A stretch of DNA of 64,000 nt from an uncultured cyanobacterium (GTDB lineage: Bacteria; Cyanobacteriota; Cyanobacteriia; Cyanobacteriales; CAWUOF01), in assembly GCA_963744145.1 (NCBI GenBank), contig CAVUSO010000001.1, positions 7,104,001 to 7,168,000 on the forward strand. Direction: 5' to 3'. The translations under genes were made by a program, and so were the position numbers. The notes beneath the pieces were generated by a model. The model did no database searches. It was not told the DNA's origin and saw only the letters and a program-made list of their open reading frames with translations. Positions 50,234 to 60,869 of this stretch are shown in pieces (within the stretch, counting starts at the first letter, position 1; every line of letters starts with the position of its first letter).

Positions 50234-50340
50234 AAAAAGGACGGTTCGACATCTCCGGTGATGTCACAACCGTCCCGCCTCTGACATGGTGCGCTTGTTG
50301 CCAACGCTCCTTTTTTGTACCGCAAATCATCTCAATTACA
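50234..50340 (-). ncRNA. Putative small RNA 1 (terminator-ended)
   Basis: Follows the second copy of the 27-bp box; ends in the hairpin GGACGGTT..GACATC/GATGTC..AACCGTCC plus T5. The 5' end is a guess. Confidence 0.35.
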
Positions 50341-50382
50341 CAATCTGGGGAGTATCGGGGGTGAATAATTTTTCTGTGGGTT

Positions 50383-51174
50383 TTAAATTTGTGATGCCAC
50401 TTTTTGGGCGACAAACATATAATTCTGACAAAGTAAGGAGAATGGATATTTAAGTAAATTATCGCTGTAGTTCCACAGAGCTGCTATTAGTCGGGAATTG
50501 CGCCCAAATTTCGGCCCAAGTTCCCAGAAATTTCTCGGTAAAAGACCATATCGTTGGATTTCTAAAAGAGCAAACTGGGTTTGCTGACATAAGGTTTTGA
50601 TCTGAGCTTGGGTATAACGGTAACGATGGTGATGTTTACCAGGAATTTGGGACGCGATCGCTTCGATCAGGCTAAATTGATTGGGAAAATGATAACAAAT
50701 AAAATAACCTCCGGGTTTGAGAATTCTGGAAATTTCTTGTAAGCTGTCAATTTCGCTCCCAGAGGTTTCTCGGACATGTTCGAGTACCCCAACAGACACA
50801 ACTGCATCAAATTTACCTGTGGTCGCAGAAATAAGCTGTGGGTGGGCGTAATTTCCTAGCTCAAACTCGTAGTTTTGACTATCAAAATATCGGCGAAAAT
50901 AAAAATCGTCGAAAGAAAATCCCACAGTTTGGTAACCGGATTTTAACAGAAAGTAAGAAAAGTGACCATTACCACATCCCCAGTCCAGTACAGTTTTGCC
51001 AGTGGGGATATACTTTCGTAAAGTCTGGTAAAGCAGGGTATACTGATGGGCACTTACTAGACTTCGGAATTGTCGTAGATTGCAATGATGATCCTGTTCC
51101 TGAATTTTGATCAGTTCCCAAATTATTTGCTCTGAGGTTAAAGGGTTAAATTCTCTAATTTTTGGAGGTTGCAT
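50383..51174 (-). CDS. Class I SAM-dependent methyltransferase
   Basis: VLDWGCGNG, FDAVVSVGVLEHV, RILKPGG. Confidence 0.9.
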   Translation of the reverse strand: MQPPKIREFNPLTSEQIIWELIKIQEQDHHCNLRQFRSLVSAHQYTLLYQTLRKYIPTGKTVLDWGCGNGHFSYFLLKSGYQTVGFSFDDFYFRRYFDSQNYEFELGNYAHPQLISATTGKFDAVVSVGVLEHVRETSGSEIDSLQEISRILKPGGYFICYHFPNQFSLIEAIASQIPGKHHHRYRYTQAQIKTLCQQTQFALLEIQRYGLLPRNFWELGPKFGRNSRLIAALWNYSDNLLKYPFSLLCQNYMFVAQKVASQI

Positions 51175-51305
51175 TTAGCTATAATTTGATTTGCCTTGAT
51201 TGCTGATTATGATCGAATTATCGGTAATTAATACTGATTAGCTGAAAAATTTTTATAAAAAATTATCAATCATCGTCAATTTGTCCATTGTTTATTCCCC
51301 TAAAC

Positions 51306-52379
51306 ATGAATCAAAAACCTGCAAGTTATTTTGGAAATTGCCTAAATAGTTTGGCATTAATTCGCTTTTTATTATTCTTTGTTTCTGGTTGGGCATTAGT
51401 CCAATGTTTGACTTATTTTCAAAGCATAATTGTCATTTTTATATTTGCTGCAATTTTAGCGTTTTTACTGAGCTATCCCGCTCGATTACTAAGTTCTTTT
51501 TTACCACATAACTTTGCCGTTAGTTTAGTTTTTTTATTGAGTATTTTAATCCTGTTAATTCTTACCATTACAGTGGGAGTATCAATTTCATCCCAAGAGC
51601 ATGAACTGTTAGAGAGTGTCACTACTTTTTTTAGCACCCTTAAACCTTTAGTAGAAAATTTAGAACAATTTCTGCGTCATCGCAATCTTCATGTAGATTT
51701 ACGGGGGATTGAAGAACCTTTACGAAATCAAGCTTTAGCATTTATTGGGGGAATTATCAGCATTTTTCAAATCTTATTTACAAATCTAATTACTTTAATG
51801 CTCATTGCGGTGGTAGCATTTTTCATGTTATTAGATGGGGAAAAACTCTGGTATTTTCTCCTCAGATTATTTCCCAGTCAGATTGGCGATCGCATTACTA
51901 GTATCATTCAGCGGAATTTTTTGGGATTTTTTCGCGGACAGTTAATTCTATGTTTATTTCTTAGTATTTCGAGCTTTATTGTGTTTTTAATTTTGCAAAT
52001 ACCTTTTGCTTTAATCTTAGCGTTGACCATCGGATTGCTTGATCTAATTCCAGGAATTGGGGCGACATTAGGAATTGGGTTAACTGGTTTAATCTTATTA
52101 CCTAAAAGTGTTTGGTTAGCTATGCAAGTATTGATAATTTGTCTAATTCTTCAACAAATTCAAGATAATTTAGTGACTCCAAGGGTAATGCAAAATTCTC
52201 TCAACCTAAACCCAGTAGTAGTATTTTTTGCCTTATTAGTAGGTGCAAAAATTGCTGGTCTACTGGGAATTTTCTTAGCAATTCCCAGCACGGGAGTATT
52301 AGTAAGTTTATTTGAACTTGAAGAGATGAAGTCTGTTTCAGCAGCAGCAAAAGAATTAACAGATCACGAACAAATCTAA
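51306..52379 (+). CDS. AI-2E family transporter
   Basis: GFFRGQ, LIPGIG, QQIQDNLVTPRVM, LNPVVV. Confidence 0.9.
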   Translation: MNQKPASYFGNCLNSLALIRFLLFFVSGWALVQCLTYFQSIIVIFIFAAILAFLLSYPARLLSSFLPHNFAVSLVFLLSILILLILTITVGVSISSQEHELLESVTTFFSTLKPLVENLEQFLRHRNLHVDLRGIEEPLRNQALAFIGGIISIFQILFTNLITLMLIAVVAFFMLLDGEKLWYFLLRLFPSQIGDRITSIIQRNFLGFFRGQLILCLFLSISSFIVFLILQIPFALILALTIGLLDLIPGIGATLGIGLTGLILLPKSVWLAMQVLIICLILQQIQDNLVTPRVMQNSLNLNPVVVFFALLVGAKIAGLLGIFLAIPSTGVLVSLFELEEMKSVSAAAKELTDHEQI

Positions 52380-52390
52380 ATCAACATGAA

Positions 52391-53029
52391 TCAGCGACCG
52401 ATCCCCAGACTAGCACCAGTATGACCAGTAGTGATCCATAAAATTGCCCTAACTCCATCACGAATTGATTTTTCCAGAGGTTCGGGCGATCGCTTGGAGG
52501 GAACAGACATAGGTTTAAAAGTAATTCCCCGACTACCAAGCACAATTTCACCAATCACACAAGCGCGACGCATATGGTCATCAGAAGTAACCAAATAAAT
52601 ACTGGTGATCCCTTGCTGATGAAATTCATCAACCAATGTAGTAAAATTCGTCACAGTATCTTGAGCGCGACTATCTAAATGAACACGCCCAAGGTTGATC
52701 CCCGCTTGAGAAAACACCCATTCTGAGTATTCGCGATTACTACCACTCGATACCCAAATTTGCAGATGGGGATACTGACGAGCAAATTTAGCGGCAAAAA
52801 TTTCGCGATTTTTATCACCTCCGAGAACTAACATCGCTTGAGGGTGAGTGAAATAAGTTTTAATTGCTCTTTGTCCAATCCAACCAGCGATCGCGGTAGA
52901 GATTACCAACAACACAGATAGAAAAAGACTACCTCTAAATCTGCTAGAAGCCTCTTGATGAAAAGAGATAGAGTTTCTCCTACCCCGTTGATGTTGGTTA
53001 CTAGGAGATATTTTTAATAACATGAGCAT
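52391..53029 (-). CDS. YdcF/DUF218 family protein
   Basis: LVLGG, DTVTNF, LVTSDDHMRRA. Confidence 0.88.
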   Translation of the reverse strand: MLMLLKISPSNQHQRGRRNSISFHQEASSRFRGSLFLSVLLVISTAIAGWIGQRAIKTYFTHPQAMLVLGGDKNREIFAAKFARQYPHLQIWVSSGSNREYSEWVFSQAGINLGRVHLDSRAQDTVTNFTTLVDEFHQQGITSIYLVTSDDHMRRACVIGEIVLGSRGITFKPMSVPSKRSPEPLEKSIRDGVRAILWITTGHTGASLGIGR

Positions 53030-53115
53030 TTAAGTTGGATGCACTGCCAATATCTAAGCAAATCAACAATCAACAACAATAACACAAGCACAACCACTAA
53101 AAATATGTCAGATAA

Positions 53116-53427
53116 CGGGACTGGCCGGATTTGAACCGGCGACCTAGCGCTTCAGATTTGCGTGAGTTTCCCCACTTTCTGGACTATACCTTCACCTTAG
53201 ACCAAAAGTCATTAGGTGGTGGCCGTCTAGTCTCTACACCTTCCTACGCTCAACGATCAATTAATATGTAGGTTGAGCATCAGGCTTGGCTCGGTATTCC
53301 CTTAGAATTAAACCAAGGTAAAACACTTTAGGGTTCACCGACTTTGACCACATTCACTCATTGAGTTTCCCCAATGGTGCCCGATTTTTCAGGAGGCGCT
53401 CGCTCTATCCAACTGAGCTACAACCCC
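53116..53427 (-). tRNA. trnR-CCT: tRNA-Arg(CCU) interrupted by an intron (exons 53391-53427 and 53116-53152)
   Basis: Exon 1 GGGGTTGTAGCTCAGTTGGATAGAGCGAGCGCCTCCT plus exon 2 AAGCGCTAGGTCGCCGGTTCAAATCCGGCCAGTCCCG give a 74-nt cloverleaf with anticodon arm AGCGC-CTCCTAA-GCGCT. Confidence 0.93.
53153..53390 (-). ncRNA. Self-splicing group I intron (238 nt, IC3-like, no ORF)
   Basis: P1 CCU/GA-AAAA-UCGGG with a U.G pair at the 5' splice site; R GUAGAGACUA and S AAGGUAUAGUCC (P7); GAAA tetraloops; terminal omega-G. Confidence 0.9.
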
Positions 53428-53668
53428 AAAACTAGACATAGTATAGCAGTTTTTTGATGATTTTCCTGATCAATTGATCAGAAGAATACCAAGATTTCTG
53501 CCCAGGGGTGCCATTAACTTCTCATCTACATGGATAAATGTTGGTTTTCATGATATTTTTTCATATTCCCTAATCATCCCCTATCCCTAGTAGGGAAGGG
53601 GGTTGGGGGGTTAGGTCGATTAGGTGGGAATCGAGCAGGAAACAGCCCTGCATCTAAGCGAGTCCTCT

Positions 53669-54403
53669 TTAACTATTACCGATTTTATTACCGAAATTAC
53701 CATCATCTCTACCTTTGAGTAGGTTAAATTGACTGAGCAGCTTGACACTTTCGGGAGTGAGGAAACGTTGTAATTCTGCTACTTGATTTAATAGGGTAAT
53801 TTCGCGGGCAAATTCGTTTTGCAAAATTTCTAAATAGCGATCGCGAGGAGCACCATGAGGAGCTTCTTTGAGCAGATGAATGGCCATATTAATATTGGAC
53901 AAAGGATGACGCAGTTCCTGCGCTAAATTATTTAATAATTCATCTTTAGCTTCAGTAAACTGCTTGAGTTCTTGCATTTTTTGGGCTAATTCTTCAGCAC
54001 GTTGATGTTCATAAGTATAGCGCTGTGTGATAATTTCTTTTTTTGCGAGCCGAGTCGCGATCGCACCCAGCATATCTGCGCGAGTAAAAGGTTTGGTCAG
54101 ATAATCATCAGCTCCAAGGTCCATTCCTTGACGCAGATCTGACTGATCTGCTTTAGCTGTGAGGAAAATAAAAGGAATGGTGGCTGTGGTTGGCTCTTGT
54201 TGTAACTTACTTAATACCCCATAACCATCTAACTCGGGCATCATAATATCGCAGACAATCAAATCTGGCAGATATTCTCGTGCCATTTGCACCCCTACTA
54301 ACCCATTATCGGCACCTAAAGCATGAAATTTCTCAGCATTCAATAGTTTTAGTACGTTAGCACGAACGGTCGGCTCGTCATCAATCACCAAAATTTTTTT
54401 CAT
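53669..54403 (-). CDS. Response regulator with a C-terminal HisKA-like dimerisation domain
   Basis: KILVIDDE, CDIMMP, DDYLTKPF, QELRHPLSNI. Confidence 0.9.
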   Translation of the reverse strand: MKKILVIDDEPTVRANVLKLLNAEKFHALGADNGLVGVQMAREYLPDLIVCDIMMPELDGYGVLSKLQQEPTTATIPFIFLTAKADQSDLRQGMDLGADDYLTKPFTRADMLGAIATRLAKKEIITQRYTYEHQRAEELAQKMQELKQFTEAKDELLNNLAQELRHPLSNINMAIHLLKEAPHGAPRDRYLEILQNEFAREITLLNQVAELQRFLTPESVKLLSQFNLLKGRDDGNFGNKIGNS

Positions 54404-54556
54404 TATCAGTTCACCTATGGACAAGTATGGTAATCAGTATGAACGGGCAGAGGGATTACAGAAAAGCCAGAAGCTCTTTTTTTTTCAAATGTTTTAAGTT
54501 TGAAAAATTAACTGTTGCAAATTAAATCGTGGTTAGTTACAATGAGTTCACTCCTA

Positions 54557-57028
54557 TTAACAGCTTTTTTGTAATGGTAACGCAACTACAAACTTAGTGC
54601 CTGCTCCAACTTGGCTACTCACAGAAATTTGGCCATGATGTAAATCTACACATTCCTTAACAATTGCCAAACCCAGACCAGTACCAGGGATATTACCGAC
54701 ATTTTTGCCCCGATGGAAAGAATCAAATAAAAATGGCTGGTCTTCTGGCAAAATCCCCAGACCTTGATCCTCAACTACCAAAATAATTTCTTCATTCATG
54801 TAGCTAAGTTCCAACTGTACCGTGCCACCATAAGGAGAATATTTAATCGCATTCGATAGTAAATTATTTAAAATTTGTCGTAATAGCTTTTCATCAGCAT
54901 ATACCCATAAAGGTTGTTCAGGACTAACAAAATTAATCACCGGACGTGAGTAAGTCAATGAGCGATGATCCTGGTCTGCTGGTTGATTAATCCTGGCTAA
55001 AGAATAATTACCAATTCTATGCACTAGCTCACGACAGAATTCATTCAGTTCTAAGGAAACGGGTTGAAATTGCAGTTTCCTCACTTGATTATGACCAATA
55101 AATAAAACTTCTTCTAACAGTTGAGTGATATGCTTAACTGCATCTTGGATGAAATGCAGTTGTTCCAAATTTTCTTCTTTAGTCCATTCATGTCCATAAT
55201 ACTCCAATAATTCTGCTGCTGATAAAATCGTACTTAAGGGAGTCCGAAATTCATGGGAAGTCATGGTGACAAAACGAGATTTCAGTTCGTTGAGTTCTTT
55301 TTCTTTGTCTAGAGCTTTACTAATTTCTGCTTGTGCTTGTTTGTCATCGGTAATATCCTCAGCAATTCCAGCAATCCGGTAGACTTCTCCAGTTTCATTG
55401 CGGATGGGAAAAGCTAAATCACGAATCCAACGGACAGAATTATCTGGACGAATAATCCGATATTCTTCCTTATATTCTCCCGGAGCTTGTTTTTCAAAAA
55501 TAGCTGCAAAAATCCGATCGCGATCTTCGGGATGAATTGCTTCCAACCAAGCTAGAGGTTGACTATATAAATCAGCACAAGTATAGCCCCAAATTTCTTC
55601 ATAAGCAGGACTAACATAGAGCATCACTGTTTTATCGACAGAAGTCATCCAAAAAACTTCACGGATATTTTCAGCTAATTCACGGAATCGGATCTCACTT
55701 TCTTTCAGAGCTTCTTCAATTTGCTTCCGCTTAGTAATATCCGTACTTGAGCCAGCCAGACGTTCGGGTTTACCACGATGATCTCGAAAAGCTTTACCAC
55801 GAGAGAGAAACCAACGAATACTACCATATTTATGTATAAGTCGATGTTCGATTTCAATTTGGGGAATTAATCCTTGGAGATGAGCAGATATAGTTTCTAA
55901 TCCTCGTTGCTGATCATCTGGATGTATTAGTTTGATCAACTCTTGTGGATCATGGGCAATTTCTTCATTATTTTCATATCCGAGCATTTTTTTTAAAATC
56001 GGAGCCAAATAAATTTCATTAGTGGTCAAATCGCAATCCCAAACACCCACCTGACCACCATTCACAGCCATGGTATATCGTTCTTCACTTAATCTCAAGG
56101 CTGATTCTACTCGATGACGTTCGTTAATTTCCGTCAGCAAACGACGGACCAGTTGTCTTAAAAAAGTAGTGCGCTCCTCTACTTTACTCTCTAAATATTC
56201 ATTTATTTTTTTGAGAGCAAATTCACCTTGTTTAGTGATTGTAATATCAAGTAATATCCCAATAATCGCTGGTTTTCCATCTAAATCGATTCTCGTTCCA
56301 TGTACTTCTACATCAATCAAACTACCATTTTTATGTTGAAAATGTAGTAAATAGCGTAGACTCTTAACTTCTCCTTCCAATCGTTTACGAATATTTTCAG
56401 CCACCAAATCTCGGTCTTCTGGTGCGATAAAATTTAATACAGGTTGACCGATCATTTCGGTGAGTGAGTATCCAGAAATTTCTGCTAATGTTGGATTTGC
56501 ATAAGCAATTAGACCATCCTGAATCACATAAATACCAACTAGAGATAATTCAACTAGATTGCGGAATTTCTCTTCACTTTTGCGAAGTGCTGCTTCAGTT
56601 TGTTTTAGTTGTTGTTCAATTTTTCTCTTTTCTGCTTGTCGTTTTTCAGCCAGATTTTTTTTAGTTTGTATCGCTGATGCTACCACTTGTCCTAACTGGT
56701 TTAATTCCTCTTGATGGAGATAATCAGTTGCTCCAGCTTTCATACACTCCACAGCTAGTTTTTGGTTGAGCCGATCGGTAATAACTATTAAGGGAATATC
56801 TAATTGTTTTTCACCTAGCAACTTTAGTAGCTCTAGAGGAGCAGACTCTGATTGACTATTTCCTTGGATAATAACTTGGAAACTCTCATCCAAATGGTCT
56901 AGATCATCTTCAGAATTCAATCCACATTGCCACTCTGGCTGATAACCAAACTGACGCAATTGCTCAAGGATTATTTCTGCATCAGTGCGGGAGTGATCTA
57001 GCATTAAAAGCCGGATTGCATTTGACAT
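54557..57028 (-). CDS. Receiver-PAS-PAS-PAS sensor histidine kinase
   Basis: N-terminal receiver-like domain, three PAS/PAC domains, SHEFRTPL, NLLSNAIKY, DQGLGI, GTGLGL. Confidence 0.92.
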   Translation of the reverse strand: MSNAIRLLMLDHSRTDAEIILEQLRQFGYQPEWQCGLNSEDDLDHLDESFQVIIQGNSQSESAPLELLKLLGEKQLDIPLIVITDRLNQKLAVECMKAGATDYLHQEELNQLGQVVASAIQTKKNLAEKRQAEKRKIEQQLKQTEAALRKSEEKFRNLVELSLVGIYVIQDGLIAYANPTLAEISGYSLTEMIGQPVLNFIAPEDRDLVAENIRKRLEGEVKSLRYLLHFQHKNGSLIDVEVHGTRIDLDGKPAIIGILLDITITKQGEFALKKINEYLESKVEERTTFLRQLVRRLLTEINERHRVESALRLSEERYTMAVNGGQVGVWDCDLTTNEIYLAPILKKMLGYENNEEIAHDPQELIKLIHPDDQQRGLETISAHLQGLIPQIEIEHRLIHKYGSIRWFLSRGKAFRDHRGKPERLAGSSTDITKRKQIEEALKESEIRFRELAENIREVFWMTSVDKTVMLYVSPAYEEIWGYTCADLYSQPLAWLEAIHPEDRDRIFAAIFEKQAPGEYKEEYRIIRPDNSVRWIRDLAFPIRNETGEVYRIAGIAEDITDDKQAQAEISKALDKEKELNELKSRFVTMTSHEFRTPLSTILSAAELLEYYGHEWTKEENLEQLHFIQDAVKHITQLLEEVLFIGHNQVRKLQFQPVSLELNEFCRELVHRIGNYSLARINQPADQDHRSLTYSRPVINFVSPEQPLWVYADEKLLRQILNNLLSNAIKYSPYGGTVQLELSYMNEEIILVVEDQGLGILPEDQPFLFDSFHRGKNVGNIPGTGLGLAIVKECVDLHHGQISVSSQVGAGTKFVVALPLQKSC

Positions 57029-57053
57029 ATCTTAGCACGATTAAAATCGAGAA

Positions 57054-57255
57054 GTTAGGCCAGGGCAGGTTTATAATAATGATCTATTGGTGACAGAATT
57101 GATTGGTGAACCTGCCCCTACCAATTTTATCCTCAATTTGTGGATTTCTGTAGGGGTGGGTTCACCGATATTTTGACAATTTGCCCACTAATCATCAAAA
57201 CCCACCCCCACCCACAGATCAATTCTATCAATGTATCTTCATCATCAATCGGTAT
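57054..57255. mobile_element. Partial copy of the xisH-inserted MITE family
   Basis: gttaggccagggcaggtttataat...cccacagatcaat...caatgtatcttcat...ggtat aligns with 38932-39186. Confidence 0.75.
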
Positions 57256-57299
57256 AACATATAAATATGTTTTAAGAATCAAGAGTTAGAGCAATTACG

Positions 57300-60200
57300 G
57301 TGAAAACACTATTTGAAATTTGCACACCTAGACCTGATGTACTTAAAGGAAGTTTACGTGATTCAGATTTGGCTGCTGATCTGGCTCAAGTCATTTCCGG
57401 AACTGCTCCTGATGAATATAAGCGACCAGAGTTATTTTTTGCGAATACCTATCCAACTCAAGGTTTAAAAGCATTACTAAAAAATGTCTGTCAACGATTG
57501 AGTGGACAGGGTGGGGCAATTGCTGCGGTTTTTCGACTGGATACTCAGTATGGTGGTGGTAAGACCCATAGCTTAATTGCTCTTACTCATGCAGCAAGAG
57601 GGATGGAAGGTGTTACTAATATTGACGAATTTTGCGATCGCACTCTTATTCCCACCACTAAAGTTCGTCTAGCTGCTTTTGATGGTGAAAATGCTGATCC
57701 TGTCAATGGTCGTCTATTAGAAAATGGATTGCGTGCTTTTACTCCTTGGGGGGAAATAGCTTATGCTTTAGCTGGTTTAGCGGGTTATGAAAAAGTAAAA
57801 AATAGCGATATCGCAAGAGTCGCACCAGGTGCAGATACCATTAGAGAACTGTTTGGTGACGAACCAGTTCTCATCTTATTAGATGAACTATCGATATATC
57901 TTAGAAAAGCTAGTGGGAGAGGAGAGGAAAATCAGCTTACACCATTTCTAACAGCGTTATTTAAAGCAGTTAGTTCCTCTGAGCGTGCTTGTGTTGTATT
58001 TACCTTAGCGATCGGTAAAGATGGTAGAGCAAGTGATGCTTATTCTGATGAAAATGAACTTATTGCTAGTAAAATCGAGGAAGCGACTCAAGTAGCAGCA
58101 CGAGTAGCTACCCTACTTAATCCCACAACTGAACAGGAAACAGTGCAAGTTTTGCGTCGGAGATTATTTAGTCAAATTGATGAGATTGCTGCTCAAGAAG
58201 TAATTGCAGCTTATGAGAAATTATGGATTAATCATAGTAGTTATTTACCCACAGGTAGATTTAGTCATGATCGATTAGAAGCTTTGCGTAGTGGTTTCCC
58301 TTTTCATCCTACACTAATGGATTTAATGATCGATAAATTATCGACTTTAAGCAATTTTCAGAGAGTGCGGGGAATGCTCCGGTTATTAACAAATACCGTT
58401 GCTTATTTGTGGAAAGAGCAACCAAAAAATACCTATACAATTCATTTACACCATATAAATCCAGGATATGAACCACTCCGCAATGAGTTAGTGACAAGAC
58501 TAGATTTTGGTAGATTCGATCCTGCGATTCAGAACGATGTCTCATCAAGAGATGGGAATTCAGCGTTAGCAGAGCAACTTGATCTTCAGTATTATGGAGG
58601 ATTGGCTCCCTATTCTTCCTTTGTTGCGAGAACAGTCCTGTGGAATACCTTTGCTTTTAATGAAAACTTGCAAGGGATTGATGAGGTCAATCTACGTTAT
58701 GCTATTCTTGCACCAACTCTTGATATCAGTTTTATCAACGATGCTCGTCAGAAATTTGTAACAGAATCTGCTTATTTAGACGATCGTCCTGCTGCACCTT
58801 TACGATTTTTGAGCGAGGTTAACTTAAGCGTATTGATTCGCAGACAGTCAAAACAGGTTGATTTATCAATTGCTAGAACTGAGCTTAACGATCGCATTCG
58901 TGAGATCTTCAAAGGTAAGGAATTAAACCTAGTGCTAAATCCTGGAGGACCGCACGATGTACCTGATGATGTTGGTGATGGTCGTCCAAATTTAGTCTTA
59001 ATTTCCTATGATGCAGAAACAGTGCGAAGTGAGTCTCTTACTGTACCCCAATTGGTTGAGAATATTTATCAAACCCAGGGTTCTCAGGGTAAACCACGTC
59101 AATTAAAAAATAACTTGGTTTTTCTAGTAGCAGATGATGCAACCCGCGATGAGATGAAAAATAAGATGATTTATCGGTTAGCACTCGAAGCAATGCGACA
59201 AACCGATCGTCTGAATCAGTTAGCACCCTATCAGCAGGATAAAGTAAATGAGCTTTATCGTAAGTCGGAACAGGAAATTGCGATCGCGATTCAACAATGT
59301 TATCGACATCTGTTTTATCCATCTAAAAATAACCCGATCGAGGGTGCAAGTGTTGACTTAGGACATATTGCTTTTGATTTACCATCAACATCAGATGCAC
59401 CAGGGAAGGGACAAAATCAGATATTGCGTGCATTAAGCGAATATACTAATCCCTCTAAATTACTTCGTAGTGAGGATAAACCCACTTCACCTAATTATGT
59501 GCGCGATCAGACAACCCTCAGAAAAGGACAGATATCAACCTTAGAATTACGTTTAGAGTTTCGCAAAAATACCAAATTTTCGATTATGCTTGGCGATGAT
59601 AATTTTAAAGCATTGATTCGTCAAGGAGTTGAAGAAAATGTTTTTGTCTATCAGCGTGGTGATTTGATTTTTGGTAAGGGTGAACCACCTGTGGAAATCT
59701 TAATCGATCAAGATTCATATATTTATACAGCGGATCATGCTAAGGAAAAAGGAATTTTTCCCCGTCCTCCTGTTGAGCAACCAACTACTCCGACTACTCC
59801 TGAAGTAAATTATGGGGATGGATTGACAAGTAGGAAAATAAATGCTAAAGACGATCGAGACTCTTATGACTCAAGTTCTACCGGAACAGAGACTAAGGGA
59901 GATCCACCTAAAGTAAAGGTTTTTAAAGCAGAAGCACCATTACGGGAAGCTTTAACAAAAATTTGGGAAGATGCTCAAAGTGCAAAGGTATCGAAGCTAA
60001 AGTCTTTGAGTTTGCGGGTATTTGATCCGACCGATGCGTTTAAACTGATTGGTGCGATCGCTCAAGTTACTAATGCTGAGAAGGAGGTAAAGATTAGTGC
60101 TGAATACGAAACAAATGATGGTAGCAGTTTTCAGATAGAATTTACAGGAAAGCCCACAGATGCACAACCAATTAAGGACTTTTTACAACCACAACTGCGG

Positions 60201-60356
60201 GCTGCTGCGGACAAAGACCTAGACACTACTTTATTATTAACCTACCCTAATGGACTCGACTTAAATAGTAAGGAGCCAGCAAATTTGTCTGAAAAGTTAA
60301 CTCGTTTTGCCACAGGTGCAGTATTTGTAGAAGCTTATGCGGAGGCACAAGATTGA
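57300..60356 (+). CDS. DUF499-domain AAA+ ATPase (restriction-like anti-phage system)
   Basis: PRPDVL, FFANTYPT, TQYGGGKTHSLIAL, LILLDEL, VLRRRLF, PFHP, FQRVRGMLR. Confidence 0.88.
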   Translation: MKTLFEICTPRPDVLKGSLRDSDLAADLAQVISGTAPDEYKRPELFFANTYPTQGLKALLKNVCQRLSGQGGAIAAVFRLDTQYGGGKTHSLIALTHAARGMEGVTNIDEFCDRTLIPTTKVRLAAFDGENADPVNGRLLENGLRAFTPWGEIAYALAGLAGYEKVKNSDIARVAPGADTIRELFGDEPVLILLDELSIYLRKASGRGEENQLTPFLTALFKAVSSSERACVVFTLAIGKDGRASDAYSDENELIASKIEEATQVAARVATLLNPTTEQETVQVLRRRLFSQIDEIAAQEVIAAYEKLWINHSSYLPTGRFSHDRLEALRSGFPFHPTLMDLMIDKLSTLSNFQRVRGMLRLLTNTVAYLWKEQPKNTYTIHLHHINPGYEPLRNELVTRLDFGRFDPAIQNDVSSRDGNSALAEQLDLQYYGGLAPYSSFVARTVLWNTFAFNENLQGIDEVNLRYAILAPTLDISFINDARQKFVTESAYLDDRPAAPLRFLSEVNLSVLIRRQSKQVDLSIARTELNDRIREIFKGKELNLVLNPGGPHDVPDDVGDGRPNLVLISYDAETVRSESLTVPQLVENIYQTQGSQGKPRQLKNNLVFLVADDATRDEMKNKMIYRLALEAMRQTDRLNQLAPYQQDKVNELYRKSEQEIAIAIQQCYRHLFYPSKNNPIEGASVDLGHIAFDLPSTSDAPGKGQNQILRALSEYTNPSKLLRSEDKPTSPNYVRDQTTLRKGQISTLELRLEFRKNTKFSIMLGDDNFKALIRQGVEENVFVYQRGDLIFGKGEPPVEILIDQDSYIYTADHAKEKGIFPRPPVEQPTTPTTPEVNYGDGLTSRKINAKDDRDSYDSSSTGTETKGDPPKVKVFKAEAPLREALTKIWEDAQSAKVSKLKSLSLRVFDPTDAFKLIGAIAQVTNAEKEVKISAEYETNDGSSFQIEFTGKPTDAQPIKDFLQPQLRAAADKDLDTTLLLTYPNGLDLNSKEPANLSEKLTRFATGAVFVEAYAEAQD

Positions 60357-60862
60357 TTCAAATAATTGAACCAAAAATCAGCACAAAAAATCGGATAAAT
60401 AACTCTTCTAATAGTGCTGAAAACCTGAGCCACTATCCTGTTTATGAATTAAGGGCGCGACGACTTAATGCTAGTGACAATGAGCTAGAAATATGGCAAT
60501 TACCTTCTTTAGCGACATCGCACCTAAAAGCACCCAAACGCATTGCTGGTTTACATGGTAGAAATTTAGCTTTAATCGAGCCTCGTTTGTTGCGTCAACT
60601 CAAACAAATAGGGATTGATTTGACAAAGCTAAAGGTTAAAGCGATCGCACATTTTGGATTAGATGAGGACAATGCTTTACGTTTGGGCTTAATGTTTCGG
60701 ATTTTGGCTCCCATGCGAAATCGGGATAGGATGGGTGAATGTACAGAAGGGATTGAAGCAATGGGTAAAGAAGAAGCTGCTTATTGGTTGGGTATGGCCA
60801 TGCACCGAAAGAACCCTCGACGGGTCTTGACTGCGTTACGATATTTATTAACTGAACGGTAA
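60353..60862 (+). CDS. Small accessory protein of the DUF499 system (DUF3780-like position)
   Basis: Overlaps the DUF499 stop; C-terminal EEAAYWLGMAMHRKNPRRVLTALR. Confidence 0.7.
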   Translation: MIQIIEPKISTKNRINNSSNSAENLSHYPVYELRARRLNASDNELEIWQLPSLATSHLKAPKRIAGLHGRNLALIEPRLLRQLKQIGIDLTKLKVKAIAHFGLDEDNALRLGLMFRILAPMRNRDRMGECTEGIEAMGKEEAAYWLGMAMHRKNPRRVLTALRYLLTER

Positions 60863-60869
60863 AAATATG

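Noticed and set aside
50223..50414. 63-aa ORF
   Set aside because: It overlaps the methyltransferase end and runs through a terminator-like hairpin, with no recognisable motif.
44593..53427. Genomic island integrated at or between the two tRNA-Arg genes
   Set aside because: No integrase or duplicated tRNA 3' end was seen, and the enclosed genes are ordinary.
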